37,386 nucleotides of DNA from Clostridia bacterium (GCA_045633305.1 JAZQYG010000024.1:1-37386), one strand, 5' to 3'. Shown: positions 16,130-26,231, numbered from the stretch's first letter. Notes: a model not told the origin generated them from the letters alone. Numbers and translations are program-made.

Positions 16130-17899
16130 TTAACCGAATATTGCGTTGATTACGCCTTCGTTTACTTTGATTGATTGTTCGCCGTAGATATCAATGAAGT
16201 TTGCTTGATAATTATTCATTACGTTAGTTTCTTCCGCACCCTTTAAGGTATCGTAGATATGCTCGTAAAGATTGCTTGAATCTTCGTAATCGATAATTAT
16301 ATTTTTCAAATCGTCCGCAGTAGTAACGTTGTATCTACCTTTATTCGCTCCGTCTTGAATCGTTTGAGAGGAGAAAATATTCGTTACCATGATAATGTGT
16401 GCGCCGTAATCGGTTACGCATATACCCATTGAACCTACTTTGCCGGCCTCGCTTGAAATGAGTCCTCCGTCAGTAAAATCGGTAGGAGCAACGCCCGTAA
16501 TGAGCCACTCGCACATATCTTGGAATTCTTCCATATAAGTGTTGTCGTCGGGTTTGATAACGTAATCGTTTTCGTTATTAAACATACCTGACTCGCTAGC
16601 GTTATTATATCCGAAGATGTAATCTACGAATTTTGAAATTTTCTTCTCTAACGTATCGTTCGCAGAACCTTCAACTGCAGTCTTAACTTTGTTAGCAAAA
16701 GTCATTACGTCGAGAGCAAGGATATTGTTTGCATCAAACTTGAGGTCTCTCCAGTCCACGAGGTCTGCCATAGTTTCTTCGTTGTATGTGGGCCACCAGT
16801 CGGCAAAATCACCGTAATCGTTTATTTTTAAGTTTTGAATAAGCGCTTCGCGATACGCTTTGAGAGCGTCTTCGCTATAATTGTTGCTACTCTTTCTATC
16901 GTCGTATTCTTTTTTGGAATAAGTTGATTCGTCTGCAAAGTAAACGTGTTTATTCTCCGCTTTTCTACCCTCTAAACTTGCCTCTTCAAAAGAGATAAGG
17001 ATATGTTTAACGGTGCCGTAACCAGTTTCGGGATGATAGTACACTACTTGGTTATTTTTGATTGCAGTGCCGTACGCGTTTTTGTCCGCGGTAAATTTTT
17101 CAATATTCTTTGCTTCTTCGAATCTAAATCTTTCAAGAACTTGAGCATCCGTTATATTGATAGATTCGTAAAGTTTTTCTTGAAGGGCTCTGATTACGAT
17201 AGATTCGTATGCCGATTGAAGAAGAGTTTCTTCACTCTTAAACTGGCCCGAAAGAAGAGTTTCAAGTCTACGGAAAGCAATTCTTTCGTATTTGTTTTCA
17301 TAGTTACCTTTTTTGGTTTGCATCCAAGAAGGAATAAGTTCGGTATTTGAATAAACTTTCTCGTCGTCATCTTTTTCAGGAAGAGGTCTAACGGTACGAG
17401 TATCTTCCTCTTCTTCCGTTGCGCTTCCCGATTCAGAACCGGACGAACCTGAAAGTTCTCCTTCGTATTCTTCTTTTACCGTTTTCAAATATTCTTCAAA
17501 TATGGACTCCAAATCCTCGTTAACGGAGTCTTGCGCCTCGTTACGTTGTTCAATTGAAAGCGAATCGGGAACGATTTGCATCTTTGCGTTATCCCACTCG
17601 TAAGGAAGTTCTTCACGAGTAGACGCGTCGAGAACCAAAAGTTTTCTTACTGCGAGTTGGTCAACGAAATAGTCGAACACTTCTCTCTCGGTCATACCGT
17701 AATACTGCACGTAAGTTTCTACGTATTGAGAGTACTGTTCAAGCACTTGAAGTTTGGTAACGACTGCGGTTTTACCTTTGTAGTTAACCGTTGCAACAGT
17801 CTGTTTCATATCTCTTTCGGTATTAACGCCTAAGCAACCTGAAAGCATAGTGACTGCAAGAACTACGATAAGTAAAATTCCTATGATTCTTTTCTTCAT
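16130..17899 (-). CDS. Lipoprotein, SurA-N/PrsA-like parvulin-type peptidyl-prolyl isomerase with large insertions
   Basis: Signal peptide plus lipobox (LSGC). Parvulin edges VKHILISF ... DYGAHIIMV. An acidic Ser/Glu linker (GSSGSESGSATEEEED). It occupies the position downstream of mfd that a PrsA-like foldase takes in Clostridia. Confidence 0.6.
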   Translation of the reverse strand: MKKRIIGILLIVVLAVTMLSGCLGVNTERDMKQTVATVNYKGKTAVVTKLQVLEQYSQYVETYVQYYGMTEREVFDYFVDQLAVRKLLVLDASTREELPYEWDNAKMQIVPDSLSIEQRNEAQDSVNEDLESIFEEYLKTVKEEYEGELSGSSGSESGSATEEEEDTRTVRPLPEKDDDEKVYSNTELIPSWMQTKKGNYENKYERIAFRRLETLLSGQFKSEETLLQSAYESIVIRALQEKLYESINITDAQVLERFRFEEAKNIEKFTADKNAYGTAIKNNQVVYYHPETGYGTVKHILISFEEASLEGRKAENKHVYFADESTYSKKEYDDRKSSNNYSEDALKAYREALIQNLKINDYGDFADWWPTYNEETMADLVDWRDLKFDANNILALDVMTFANKVKTAVEGSANDTLEKKISKFVDYIFGYNNASESGMFNNENDYVIKPDDNTYMEEFQDMCEWLITGVAPTDFTDGGLISSEAGKVGSMGICVTDYGAHIIMVTNIFSSQTIQDGANKGRYNVTTADDLKNIIIDYEDSSNLYEHIYDTLKGAEETNVMNNYQANFIDIYGEQSIKVNEGVINAIFG

Positions 17900-17947
17900 T
17901 ATTATCTCCTTTCCTAAAAAGGTCAGAACTCACCGATTATCTTAGAT

Positions 17948-17976
17948 AGTATACATTATTTACAACTGTTTGACAA
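17948..17976 (-). promoter_or_regulatory. Promoter for PrsA-like gene
   Basis: The minus strand reads TTGTCA, 17-nt spacer, TATACT. Confidence 0.45.
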
Positions 17977-17982
17977 TCGTTT

Positions 17983-20900
17983 TTATTGAATATTTTGGCT
18001 TGCTATCTCCAAAAATCGAGTAACCGTCTCGATTTTATCCTTAGTTTTAAGTTTTTGCGCGCGGAAAAGCACGGAAGGAGGACTTGCTTGCACCACGCAA
18101 TCATTTCCAAATTCCGAAACGGCAAATAAAACGTTTTGTTCTTTGAAGGACAAACTACCCCTGAATCTTATTCCCGTTCCTTTGTGATTTATAACGACTT
18201 CGGCAACGTTAATTTTTGCAGAAAGGTTAGAAATATAAGAAATTTTCATAAGGTTCTCAATTTCCTCGGGCAAAGTGCCGTAAACGTCATTGATTTCAGA
18301 TGAAAGTTCGCGAATTTCCTCTCGTGATTCAAGAGAGGCTATTCTCCGATAAAGTCTCATCCTTTCTCTATCGCTCGGCACTACGCTTTCGGGCACGATT
18401 GCATTGACGCTTATTTTAACGTCGACGTTTTTGTCCTTTATCTTCTTGCCGTTAATTTCAGCAATACTCTCCTCTAAAAGTTTGCAGTATAAATCGTATC
18501 CAACTTTGTCAATGTGTCCGTGTTGTTCTCTACCCAAAACGTTACCTGCGCCCCTTATCTCTAAGTCACGCATAGCGATTTTGAATCCCGAGCCGAGTTC
18601 ACTATAATCCATAACGGACTGCAATCTTTTACCCGCGTTGTCCGTGAGCACTCTACCTTCTGGATAGGTAAAATAGGCGTAGGCAAGTCTATCGCTTCTA
18701 CCTACTCTACCACGGAGTTGATAAAGTTGAGATAGACCAAGTTTATCCGCCTCGTACACGATAAGAGTATTTGCGTTAGGCAAATCTATGCCGTTTTCGA
18801 TAATGGTGGTCGAAACTAAAACGTCTACGTCCCCACTATAAAAAACGTTCATCCTTTTTTCTAATTCTTGAGGAGAAAGTTTGGCGTGAGCAAATATAAT
18901 TCGAGCCTCGGGCACGAGTTCTTTGACTCTAGCGGTAAAACTTTCTATACTTTCCACTCTGTTATATAAAACGAAAGCCTGTCCTCCCCTTAAAAGTTCG
19001 CGTTTTATAGCGTCGGTGAATAGTCCGTCCGTAAATTCGGTAACGTAGGTTTCAACTGGAAGTCTATTCTCGGGAGGCGTTTCCAGTACGCTAATATCAC
19101 GAATACCGGTAAGCGACATATGCAAAGTTCTAGGAATAGGAGTTGCAGAAAGAGAAAGAACGTTGACGTCACTTCTTAAAAGTTTAAGTTTTTCTTTGTC
19201 CTCGACTCCGAATCTTTGTTCCTCGTCCAAAACCAAAAGCCCTAGCCTTGCGTAAACTACGTCTTTTGAAAGCAGTCTATGCGTTCCGCAAACTATATTC
19301 ATTTCGCCCTTTCTCAAAGATTCGAGTATGGATTTTTTCTCGCTCTCCGAGGTAAACCTACTCAAACAACCTATTTTGAGTCCGTATCCTTCAAATCTTT
19401 TTATAACGGTGTCGTAATGCTGGCGAGCAAGTATGGTAGTCGGGGCAAGTATTGCTACTTGATAACCTTCTAAAACGGTTTTGAATACCGCGCGGAGAGC
19501 AACCTCGGTTTTTCCGTAACCAACGTCACCGCAAAGAAGTCTATCCATTACTTTGCCTTTTTGCATATCCTCTTTTATCTCTTGCACCGCTCTTTGTTGG
19601 TCTTCGGTCGGAGCAAATGGAAAACGCTCTTCAAATTCCGCTTGAAAGGGAGAATCTTCGGGATATTTTACGCCTTTGCTTTCCTCTCTCTTTGCATAAA
19701 GTTCGAGTAGGTCGAAAGCCATTGCTTTAACCGAACTTTTTACCCTTTCTTTGAGTTTAGTAAACTCTTTTCCCCCGATTTTAGACAGTTTTGGGCTTTC
19801 CGCTCCACCCGAATAACGAGAAAGCATACCCATTTGGTCTATCGGAACGTAAACGACGCCGTCCGTGTACTCTACGCAAACGCAATCCCTTTCGGTATCC
19901 GTTTTGAGCCTATTGATACCCTTGAATACGCCTATTCCGTGTCTATCGTGAACGACGAAATCACCAACGTCGGGGATAGTGAATACGTCTTTTTTGCGGA
20001 GTTTTACGGTTTTGCTTTTTTTGCGCAAAAGTTCTTCCGAGCCTACAACTACGAGTTTTGCGCCGTGGAAAATTAAACCGTTTTTGATATCGCAATCCAC
20101 AACTACGCACGAGCCAAGTTCGATATCTTTTGAATAAATCACTTCCGCGCCCATTTCCACGAGTTCGCTCGTTACGGATTTAGCCGTTTGTTCGTCTCTG
20201 GCGGAAAGAATAACGGTGTAACCTGAATTTTTCCAGTTGCGTAAATCGCTTACAAGCGTTTCTTTATCAAGATGGTACTTCGTTATAGGAGTACACCTAT
20301 ACGAAAATACGGCGGTAGGCTCGAATATGGGATTCATAGTGGTGATTTGTTGAAAAGCCACGACACCTTCGCTTGATTTGTACAGTTTTTCTCTATCTCT
20401 TAAACAATTGACGTGACGAGAGGTTACCTCCCCGCTTTCTAAAAGAGAAGAAACTCTATTTGCTTGCTCTTTGTAGAGCCTATCCGTCCTGTCTGCAAGT
20501 AATCTACACTCGTCGTATACACAAATAACTTCTTGCGGTAAGTAGTCAAAAATACTTCCCAAAAAGTCGGTTGCAAAAGGAATTACCCAGTTAAGTCTGC
20601 TATCCGCCCCTCCCAAAGAAAGAGAGGTAATTGCGCTTTCGATAATTTCTTCAAGTTTTACCTTTGCATCTGGTGATAATCCTTTTGCTTTTACCTCACG
20701 AAGTCTATTGATTACGATTTTTCTTTCCTCTTCGGTAAAAAGCAAATCGGTCACGGGCAAAAGAACGAGACTTGCGATATTTTCCTTTTCTTCGAGGTAA
20801 CGTATTCTTTCTATTTCGTCCCCGAAAAATTCTATTCTATAAGGCTTGTCTTGAGTAGGACAAAAAACGTCTGCTATATCTCCTCGAGAAGCAAACGTAC

Positions 20901-21399
20901 CCTTTGTATCCGCATACTCCGCCCTCGTGTAACCAAGGGAAACGAGTTTGAGTAAAAACTCCCCTATGTCAAGAGTATCGCCCTCTTTCAAAAAACAAGT
21001 GAACGAGGCGAATTTTTCCCTATCGGGAGTATACGCCATAATTGATTCGGGAGTAGCCACGACGACGTCGGGCTCGTTTTCTAAAAGTTCGTAGAGAACT
21101 TTAATTCTTCCAAAAACACCCTCGGTTGACGAACGTTTAAAAAAGAGAGAATCTTCCTTTTCTGGAAAACGTACGGCGTTGACTCCGTATCCTACAAGCC
21201 CCTCTACCATGCGACGCGCCTCGATTGCGTCCGTAACCACGTATAGCACGGGCTCTTTGATGTGGGCGAGCACGTGCAATTTGTGCGGAAAATTCATACC
21301 GAATACGGAAACGCGTCTTCTGTTTTTTACGTGAACGAATAGGTCCGCAAGTTCCCCTTTTACGGGGATATTAAGTATTTCTGAAAGAGTTTTGGTCAA
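17983..21399 (-). CDS. mfd: Transcription-repair coupling factor Mfd
   Basis: 1138 aa. Helicase motifs GDVGYGKTEVALRA, DEEQRFGV and LSATPIPRTL, in a pth-mfd context. Confidence 0.96.
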   Translation of the reverse strand: MTKTLSEILNIPVKGELADLFVHVKNRRRVSVFGMNFPHKLHVLAHIKEPVLYVVTDAIEARRMVEGLVGYGVNAVRFPEKEDSLFFKRSSTEGVFGRIKVLYELLENEPDVVVATPESIMAYTPDREKFASFTCFLKEGDTLDIGEFLLKLVSLGYTRAEYADTKGTFASRGDIADVFCPTQDKPYRIEFFGDEIERIRYLEEKENIASLVLLPVTDLLFTEEERKIVINRLREVKAKGLSPDAKVKLEEIIESAITSLSLGGADSRLNWVIPFATDFLGSIFDYLPQEVICVYDECRLLADRTDRLYKEQANRVSSLLESGEVTSRHVNCLRDREKLYKSSEGVVAFQQITTMNPIFEPTAVFSYRCTPITKYHLDKETLVSDLRNWKNSGYTVILSARDEQTAKSVTSELVEMGAEVIYSKDIELGSCVVVDCDIKNGLIFHGAKLVVVGSEELLRKKSKTVKLRKKDVFTIPDVGDFVVHDRHGIGVFKGINRLKTDTERDCVCVEYTDGVVYVPIDQMGMLSRYSGGAESPKLSKIGGKEFTKLKERVKSSVKAMAFDLLELYAKREESKGVKYPEDSPFQAEFEERFPFAPTEDQQRAVQEIKEDMQKGKVMDRLLCGDVGYGKTEVALRAVFKTVLEGYQVAILAPTTILARQHYDTVIKRFEGYGLKIGCLSRFTSESEKKSILESLRKGEMNIVCGTHRLLSKDVVYARLGLLVLDEEQRFGVEDKEKLKLLRSDVNVLSLSATPIPRTLHMSLTGIRDISVLETPPENRLPVETYVTEFTDGLFTDAIKRELLRGGQAFVLYNRVESIESFTARVKELVPEARIIFAHAKLSPQELEKRMNVFYSGDVDVLVSTTIIENGIDLPNANTLIVYEADKLGLSQLYQLRGRVGRSDRLAYAYFTYPEGRVLTDNAGKRLQSVMDYSELGSGFKIAMRDLEIRGAGNVLGREQHGHIDKVGYDLYCKLLEESIAEINGKKIKDKNVDVKISVNAIVPESVVPSDRERMRLYRRIASLESREEIRELSSEINDVYGTLPEEIENLMKISYISNLSAKINVAEVVINHKGTGIRFRGSLSFKEQNVLFAVSEFGNDCVVQASPPSVLFRAQKLKTKDKIETVTRFLEIASQNIQ

Positions 21400-21953
21400 T
21401 TATATTGTCTCATTATACGCTCAAAATCGCGTTTGTCTATATATTCTTTGACTGCCTCAGATGCCGTATCAATACCGCACTCTACGGAGTCTTTATGTTC
21501 GCTAAGTATATTCATAAGTACGAAATTTATAAGCGGAATATTCTGAGGTGGTTTGCCTATTCCTATTCTTATTCTTTTAAACTTGTCCGTCTTTAAGCAC
21601 TCAACGATATTTCTCATACCGTTATGAGTACCCGCGCTACCTGACTGGCGCAAACGGAGCACGCCTACGTCAAGGTCGATATCGTCGTAAATTACCACTA
21701 AATCGTCTAAACTTGCTTTATGTTTTCCAAGAACGTCGCGTACGCACTCACCTGAAAGATTCATAAAGGTATCGGGAAGAACGAATACTATCTCTTCGCC
21801 CTTATTAAAAAATTTGGCTACGTGACCGTTACCACTCTTTTTGAATTTAAGTCCAAAGTGTTCGGCAAGATTTTGAACGGTTTTGTATCCCATATTGTGA
21901 TAAGTATCCTGATAATTTTTTCCCGGATTTCCAAGTCCCACTACTACAAGCAT
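21396..21953 (-). CDS. pth: Peptidyl-tRNA hydrolase
   Basis: VVGLGNPGKNYQDTYHNMGY and GTHNGMRNI motifs. 4-nt overlap with mfd. Confidence 0.95.
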   Translation of the reverse strand: MLVVVGLGNPGKNYQDTYHNMGYKTVQNLAEHFGLKFKKSGNGHVAKFFNKGEEIVFVLPDTFMNLSGECVRDVLGKHKASLDDLVVIYDDIDLDVGVLRLRQSGSAGTHNGMRNIVECLKTDKFKRIRIGIGKPPQNIPLINFVLMNILSEHKDSVECGIDTASEAVKEYIDKRDFERIMRQYN

Positions 21954-22408
21954 TTGTTTTTTCTCCTTTTTTCCTCAAAGTAAGTTCTTATTATATTTGC
22001 GCACTCCTGTTTAAGTACGCCTTTTTTTATTTCAGCCGTGTGATTATATTTGCCCTCGTTTAAGTCGTAAAGCGAACCGCAACAACCGCCCTTCGGGTCG
22101 TCCGCGCCATACACTAGACGCGGAATTCTTGCATTTAGCACCGCTCCCATACACATCGGGCAAGGCTCTATCGTAACGTAAAGAGTAACGCCGTCCAGTC
22201 TCCAGTTGCCGACCTTTTTGCACGCTTTACCTATCACGAGCACTTCGGCGTGATTGAGAGCATTCCCCGTTTTTTCTCTCGTGTTGTGCGCCCTTGCTAT
22301 CACTTTTCCGTCCAGTACGGCAATAGCGCCGATAGGAACTTCGTCCTCATCTCTTGCTTTTTGCGCCTCTTTAAGGGCAAGTTTCATAAATTTTTCGTCT
22401 TGTTCCAT
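21944..22408 (-). CDS. tadA: tRNA adenosine(34) deaminase TadA
   Basis: Zinc motifs HAEVLVI and PCPMCMGA. I prefer the start at MEQDEKFMKLALKEA (22408). Alternatives are ATG 22387 (ATGA overlap with the upstream stop) or the track start 22432. Confidence 0.88.
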   Translation of the reverse strand: MEQDEKFMKLALKEAQKARDEDEVPIGAIAVLDGKVIARAHNTREKTGNALNHAEVLVIGKACKKVGNWRLDGVTLYVTIEPCPMCMGAVLNARIPRLVYGADDPKGGCCGSLYDLNEGKYNHTAEIKKGVLKQECANIIRTYFEEKRRKNKCL

Positions 22409-23199
22409 TTTTCTCCGCAAATTAATTCGCAAATTCCTGCGTTTTGTCTATATATTTGGTCAAAATCTTTATCGTCTAGTGGATGAGAGCAAAAATTTGA
22501 ACCAACTTCTATCGTAAAGCCGTCTCCGAATCCCTCGTTTATAAACCAGTCCTTAAATCCGCCCGCGCTACCCGTTGATTCCAAAAGAGGATAACCGAGT
22601 TTTTGATAAAGAAGGTTTGCTCTATTTTCATCTCCTACCCCTTTGTAATTTCTGTATATTACCTCGCCTTTCGTGTGATAGGTCAAAAGGGTATCGAATC
22701 TATATTTATAAACTAGATTCACGCTTGCTAACGTTTCGGGCTCGCTATTTGGACTTTTGCCAACGTAGTTTTCAAAGTTTGGCTCAAAAATATTGCTTTT
22801 CCCGCTACCCCAGTCCGCGTTATAATTGACGTTGATATCTACTCCTCGCCCGTTTGCCTTCCACAAAGAATAAGACTCTCCTTTGCAAGATTTGACGAGA
22901 GCAAGGTATTTTTTGGGAACGGCGCGCTCGCCACGTTTGACTATTTCCGCTCCGTCTATATTAAGTAAGGGCAAAAAACAAATATTATCCCCCGTATACT
23001 CTTTTGCAAGAGTTGCAACCAGTTTTGAGGTGATGTTTTCTCTTGCGTGCGTCCCTCCAACTATTAGCGCTCGAGGAGCACTGCCTCTCGTAAATGCAGG
23101 TATTAGTTTGCCGTAAACGGTCTTGCCTATATATTCTACTTGATACCCAAGAGAAGCCAGTTCCCTTTCATCTTCAAGTAATTCCGAGTATGCGTACAT
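22384..23199 (-). CDS. M14-family zinc carboxypeptidase (gamma-D-glutamyl-meso-diaminopimelate peptidase-like)
   Basis: GGTHARENIT (HxxE zinc site), NIDG, GVDINVNY, SEPET and the YHTKGEVIY pattern of M14C murein-peptide peptidases. Confidence 0.75.
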   Translation of the reverse strand: MYAYSELLEDERELASLGYQVEYIGKTVYGKLIPAFTRGSAPRALIVGGTHARENITSKLVATLAKEYTGDNICFLPLLNIDGAEIVKRGERAVPKKYLALVKSCKGESYSLWKANGRGVDINVNYNADWGSGKSNIFEPNFENYVGKSPNSEPETLASVNLVYKYRFDTLLTYHTKGEVIYRNYKGVGDENRANLLYQKLGYPLLESTGSAGGFKDWFINEGFGDGFTIEVGSNFCSHPLDDKDFDQIYRQNAGICELICGEKWNKTKNL

Positions 23200-23208
23200 A
23201 CTACTATT

Positions 23209-24171
23209 TTAGCGCAAAAGTCCCCATATATAACTAAATAAACTCGTCGATATACCTATAACGAATATCGCTACCCAAAGTATTTTGGTCAAAATAATGT
23301 CGCTTTGTTTTTCTTCCTCAATCAAATCGTTTTGCATTACCTTTTTAGAAGAACAAAGTTTATTGAGTTTTATAAATAGCAGGATTGAGCCTATCACCGC
23401 GCCCGCCCACAAAACGGAACAAATAATTGCGCCCACTATCGTAGAACTAAAAGCGTACACAGAGTTCATTACTTGACTGACGAGCCCGCCGGTTGACTCT
23501 GAATAAATTCTTATTACCACGAAAAAGTTATTGATAAAGTGCGCAAGCATTGCAGGGAATATACTACCCGTGATTGCAGTTAGCGCTCCGAACATAAGTC
23601 CGCCTACGAAAGTGTAACCGGTTTGCGTAATATTTTGGTGCATAAGAGCAAACAAAATTGCGGAAAGAATAACTTTCCTTTTTACGCTATCTCCGCTCAT
23701 ACGATAAGCAAGCCCTCTATGAGTAATTTCCTCAAAAAAGGCAGGTAGCACCGCAGAAAATAGCGCGCCGAGCAAAAATTCACCAAAGTTAAGATAAACC
23801 TTGGGGTCGGATACCACCGAGGTATACCCAGGCATCTTTAAAATTGCGCTCGTGACGGTATTTACTCCGCCGTTAATTACTGCATGCAAAATACAAATTG
23901 CAATTATAATAAGCCACGCATTTACTCCCTTTACTCCTTTCAAATTAAAGTCTGAGCAAAGACTGCGGAAATCTCTCTTTTTTGCAATACAAATATAACA
24001 AACTATGGGGATAATACCCATACAAACTATTTGACAAAGCGTAGAAAAAAGTCTATCGCCGTCGTTTTCGTTAAGTTCACCAAAATAGGACTCGGCAAAA
24101 CATATTCTTACAAAAGTGAGAGCGCACATAATAACAAGATATGAAGTTAGGAGTTTATTTCTCTTCGTCAT
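23209..24171 (-). CDS. CPBP-family intramembrane glutamic endopeptidase (Abi/CAAX protease-like)
   Basis: Multi-TM protein. Motifs FFEEITHRG (EExxxR), LFALMH (FxxxH) and AHFINN (HxxxN). Confidence 0.8.
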   Translation of the reverse strand: MTKRNKLLTSYLVIMCALTFVRICFAESYFGELNENDGDRLFSTLCQIVCMGIIPIVCYICIAKKRDFRSLCSDFNLKGVKGVNAWLIIIAICILHAVINGGVNTVTSAILKMPGYTSVVSDPKVYLNFGEFLLGALFSAVLPAFFEEITHRGLAYRMSGDSVKRKVILSAILFALMHQNITQTGYTFVGGLMFGALTAITGSIFPAMLAHFINNFFVVIRIYSESTGGLVSQVMNSVYAFSSTIVGAIICSVLWAGAVIGSILLFIKLNKLCSSKKVMQNDLIEEEKQSDIILTKILWVAIFVIGISTSLFSYIWGLLR

Positions 24172-25160
24172 ACTCCAAATCCTTTCACTAAATCCAAGAT
24201 AATAAGGGCAATCGTCGTCAAAAAGGATAATCCAAGCATCAACTTTTCAGTTGAAGAAAACTCAGCGCGCTCAACCTTTATTTCTCCTATTCTTTGCGCG
24301 CGATTTATAAGAGTGTTGAAACTTAATCTCTCGCACACGAACTCTTTCCCTCTTTTGCGCTCTAATCGTCTCATAAAAGCGTTAAGCGCAAATATTAAGC
24401 ATACAAATCCTACGACCGCCATGATAGCGCTCGGCAGGATACTTGAAATTTCAAAGAAATTCGTCGCACTTTGCGCGCTATCTTGTACTATAAATGGTTG
24501 CAAGTAAGTTATGATTATAGCAAATGCGTTATTGAAAAAGTGCAGAGCCACACAATACCATATCGAGCCTCCCGCGAGAAAAATCAAAGCGCACGCAACC
24601 CCTATCAAAAATTGATGCACCGTTTGAACTACGCTTCCGTGAAGCAGGGCAAAAAAGAGAGCGGATATAATAATTGCTTTCTTATTTCCGAGGCTACGTC
24701 TAAGAGAGTTTAATATTCCCCCTCTAACTAAAAACTCTTCACTAATAGCAGGGAGCAAAGCAACGGTGAAAAGAGATAATACGAGTTCTGCTATCGTGCT
24801 AATTTCATCAAGAGAAGACTGGGCTGGCATATATCCCAAAGACTCAAAAGCGTAAAACACGATATTTGCAAAAAAACTACCAAAGTAAAGTAGTCCTACG
24901 CTAATGACTGCGATATAGATAAAACTTACCCAGTCTACCTTATTTTTTATTCCCGTCTCTATTATGGGGTCTATCCCCGATTTACTCATAACTAAATAAG
25001 TTCCGAGTAAAAAAATAAGTTCTATCGTGACGTAAAAAACATGCTCTTTAAACTCCATTTCGGGAATAAAAGCGTATACGAAAACGCCCAGAAAATTCAA
25101 ACATAGAATTCCCCAGACTGCAAGTCTACCTGATATATTTGAGGAGATTTTTTGAAACAT
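24168..25160 (-). CDS. CPBP-family intramembrane glutamic endopeptidase, second tandem paralog
   Basis: Motifs SEEFLVRGG, FFALLH and LHFFNN. 4-nt overlap with the downstream paralog. Confidence 0.8.
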   Translation of the reverse strand: MFQKISSNISGRLAVWGILCLNFLGVFVYAFIPEMEFKEHVFYVTIELIFLLGTYLVMSKSGIDPIIETGIKNKVDWVSFIYIAVISVGLLYFGSFFANIVFYAFESLGYMPAQSSLDEISTIAELVLSLFTVALLPAISEEFLVRGGILNSLRRSLGNKKAIIISALFFALLHGSVVQTVHQFLIGVACALIFLAGGSIWYCVALHFFNNAFAIIITYLQPFIVQDSAQSATNFFEISSILPSAIMAVVGFVCLIFALNAFMRRLERKRGKEFVCERLSFNTLINRAQRIGEIKVERAEFSSTEKLMLGLSFLTTIALIILDLVKGFGV

Positions 25161-25188
25161 AAAATAACTCCCTATTATAGTTACTTAT

Positions 25189-25217
25189 ATTATAACCATA
25201 AAAGAGAGCAAAGTCAA
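25189..25217 (-). promoter_or_regulatory. Promoter heading the CPBP...mfd gene string
   Basis: The minus strand reads TTGACT, 17-nt spacer, TATAAT. Confidence 0.5.
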
Positions 25218-25231
25218 TTTAAAGGAAAAAT

Positions 25232-25765
25232 TTAATTTTCTTTTTCTTGGATATTATCGCCAAATTCAATGCGTATAAGCGCAGGCAAAAGTAAAAGCAC
25301 GGAAACAAAAGCGGAAACCATATGAGTGATAAAAAAGGATAGTCCCATATAATATCTAGTAATAAATGCGGACAAAAAATTCGTCTTGGGTGAATATATA
25401 AATAAATCAATCAAAGTCGTCTGAATACCAAACAAAAAGGTCATACCAAGAGCCAGTAGCGCAAAATAAACGCTTTTTTTGACTTTGAGTTTATTAAAAA
25501 TGGCGCAAACAAAGATAAGAGCGTTCCAGTGAATAAGGTAACTTATAACCCAAGTTCCAAACCCGTACAAAAAACACTCCACCAAAATAAAAACGTTGCA
25601 CGCGCAAAAGGTCTTGGCTTTACCGAATTTTAAAGCGTAAAAAACAATAAGCAATGTCACGAGTTCTACGTTTGCAATCCAAGAAAGGGCAAGTTTAACC
25701 ACCGTTAAACTTGCCGACATAAGTCCTATATAAGTTATATCTCTTGCGCTATGTTTTTTGTTCAT
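25232..25765 (-). CDS. Small polytopic membrane protein, ECF S-component-like (candidate B12/corrinoid transporter)
   Basis: About 177 aa with about 5-6 TM helices. The ATG at 25765 shares one base with the DUF4430 stop (TAATG). The gene lies in a cobalamin-riboswitch-controlled operon. The family call is weak. Confidence 0.45.
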   Translation of the reverse strand: MNKKHSARDITYIGLMSASLTVVKLALSWIANVELVTLLIVFYALKFGKAKTFCACNVFILVECFLYGFGTWVISYLIHWNALIFVCAIFNKLKVKKSVYFALLALGMTFLFGIQTTLIDLFIYSPKTNFLSAFITRYYMGLSFFITHMVSAFVSVLLLLPALIRIEFGDNIQEKEN

Positions 25766-26214
25766 TACCAAGTAGAAATTTTGAATATATACGTTGCTCC
25801 CGCACTAAGAGGTAGTTCGTTTATACCTTTTAGTGCGCTAGCGTAACTTACCCCGTCAATTTCACAAGTGCCAAAACTTTGGTCGTAATATTTAATTTCG
25901 CCTATTTGAACGTCGGTGTATATTGCCCAAAATTCATTTTTAGTTAAATCAGGCGTTATTCCGTTAATCGACCCAACGAATCCAGACGAGGCGGTATAAT
26001 CAAATTCTTCCCCTTTTTCTTTTAAGTATTTCATAAAATCTTCAAGAGTCGTAAGGTCTTTGTCTGTCGTGTCAACGGAATAAGATTTGACTGCGCCGTC
26101 CGCGCTAACCACGTGAAGTTTAACGTTGCCCTCTTCACCTTTGCAGGCAAAGCAACAAGCAAGCACGCTCAAAATAAGAGCGCATACGATTAAGGTCTTT
26201 AATACTTTTTTCAT
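25765..26214 (-). CDS. DUF4430-domain lipoprotein (transcobalamin-like fold family)
   Basis: The real start is MKKVLKTLIV at 26214, with GGAGG 7 nt upstream. The track extension to 26274 runs through the terminator. Lipobox VLAC. The C-terminal part (SGFVGSINGI...FWAIYTDV...) is DUF4430-like. Confidence 0.65.
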   Translation of the reverse strand: MKKVLKTLIVCALILSVLACCFACKGEEGNVKLHVVSADGAVKSYSVDTTDKDLTTLEDFMKYLKEKGEEFDYTASSGFVGSINGITPDLTKNEFWAIYTDVQIGEIKYYDQSFGTCEIDGVSYASALKGINELPLSAGATYIFKISTW

Positions 26215-26231
26215 ACAATACCTCCGTAAAA

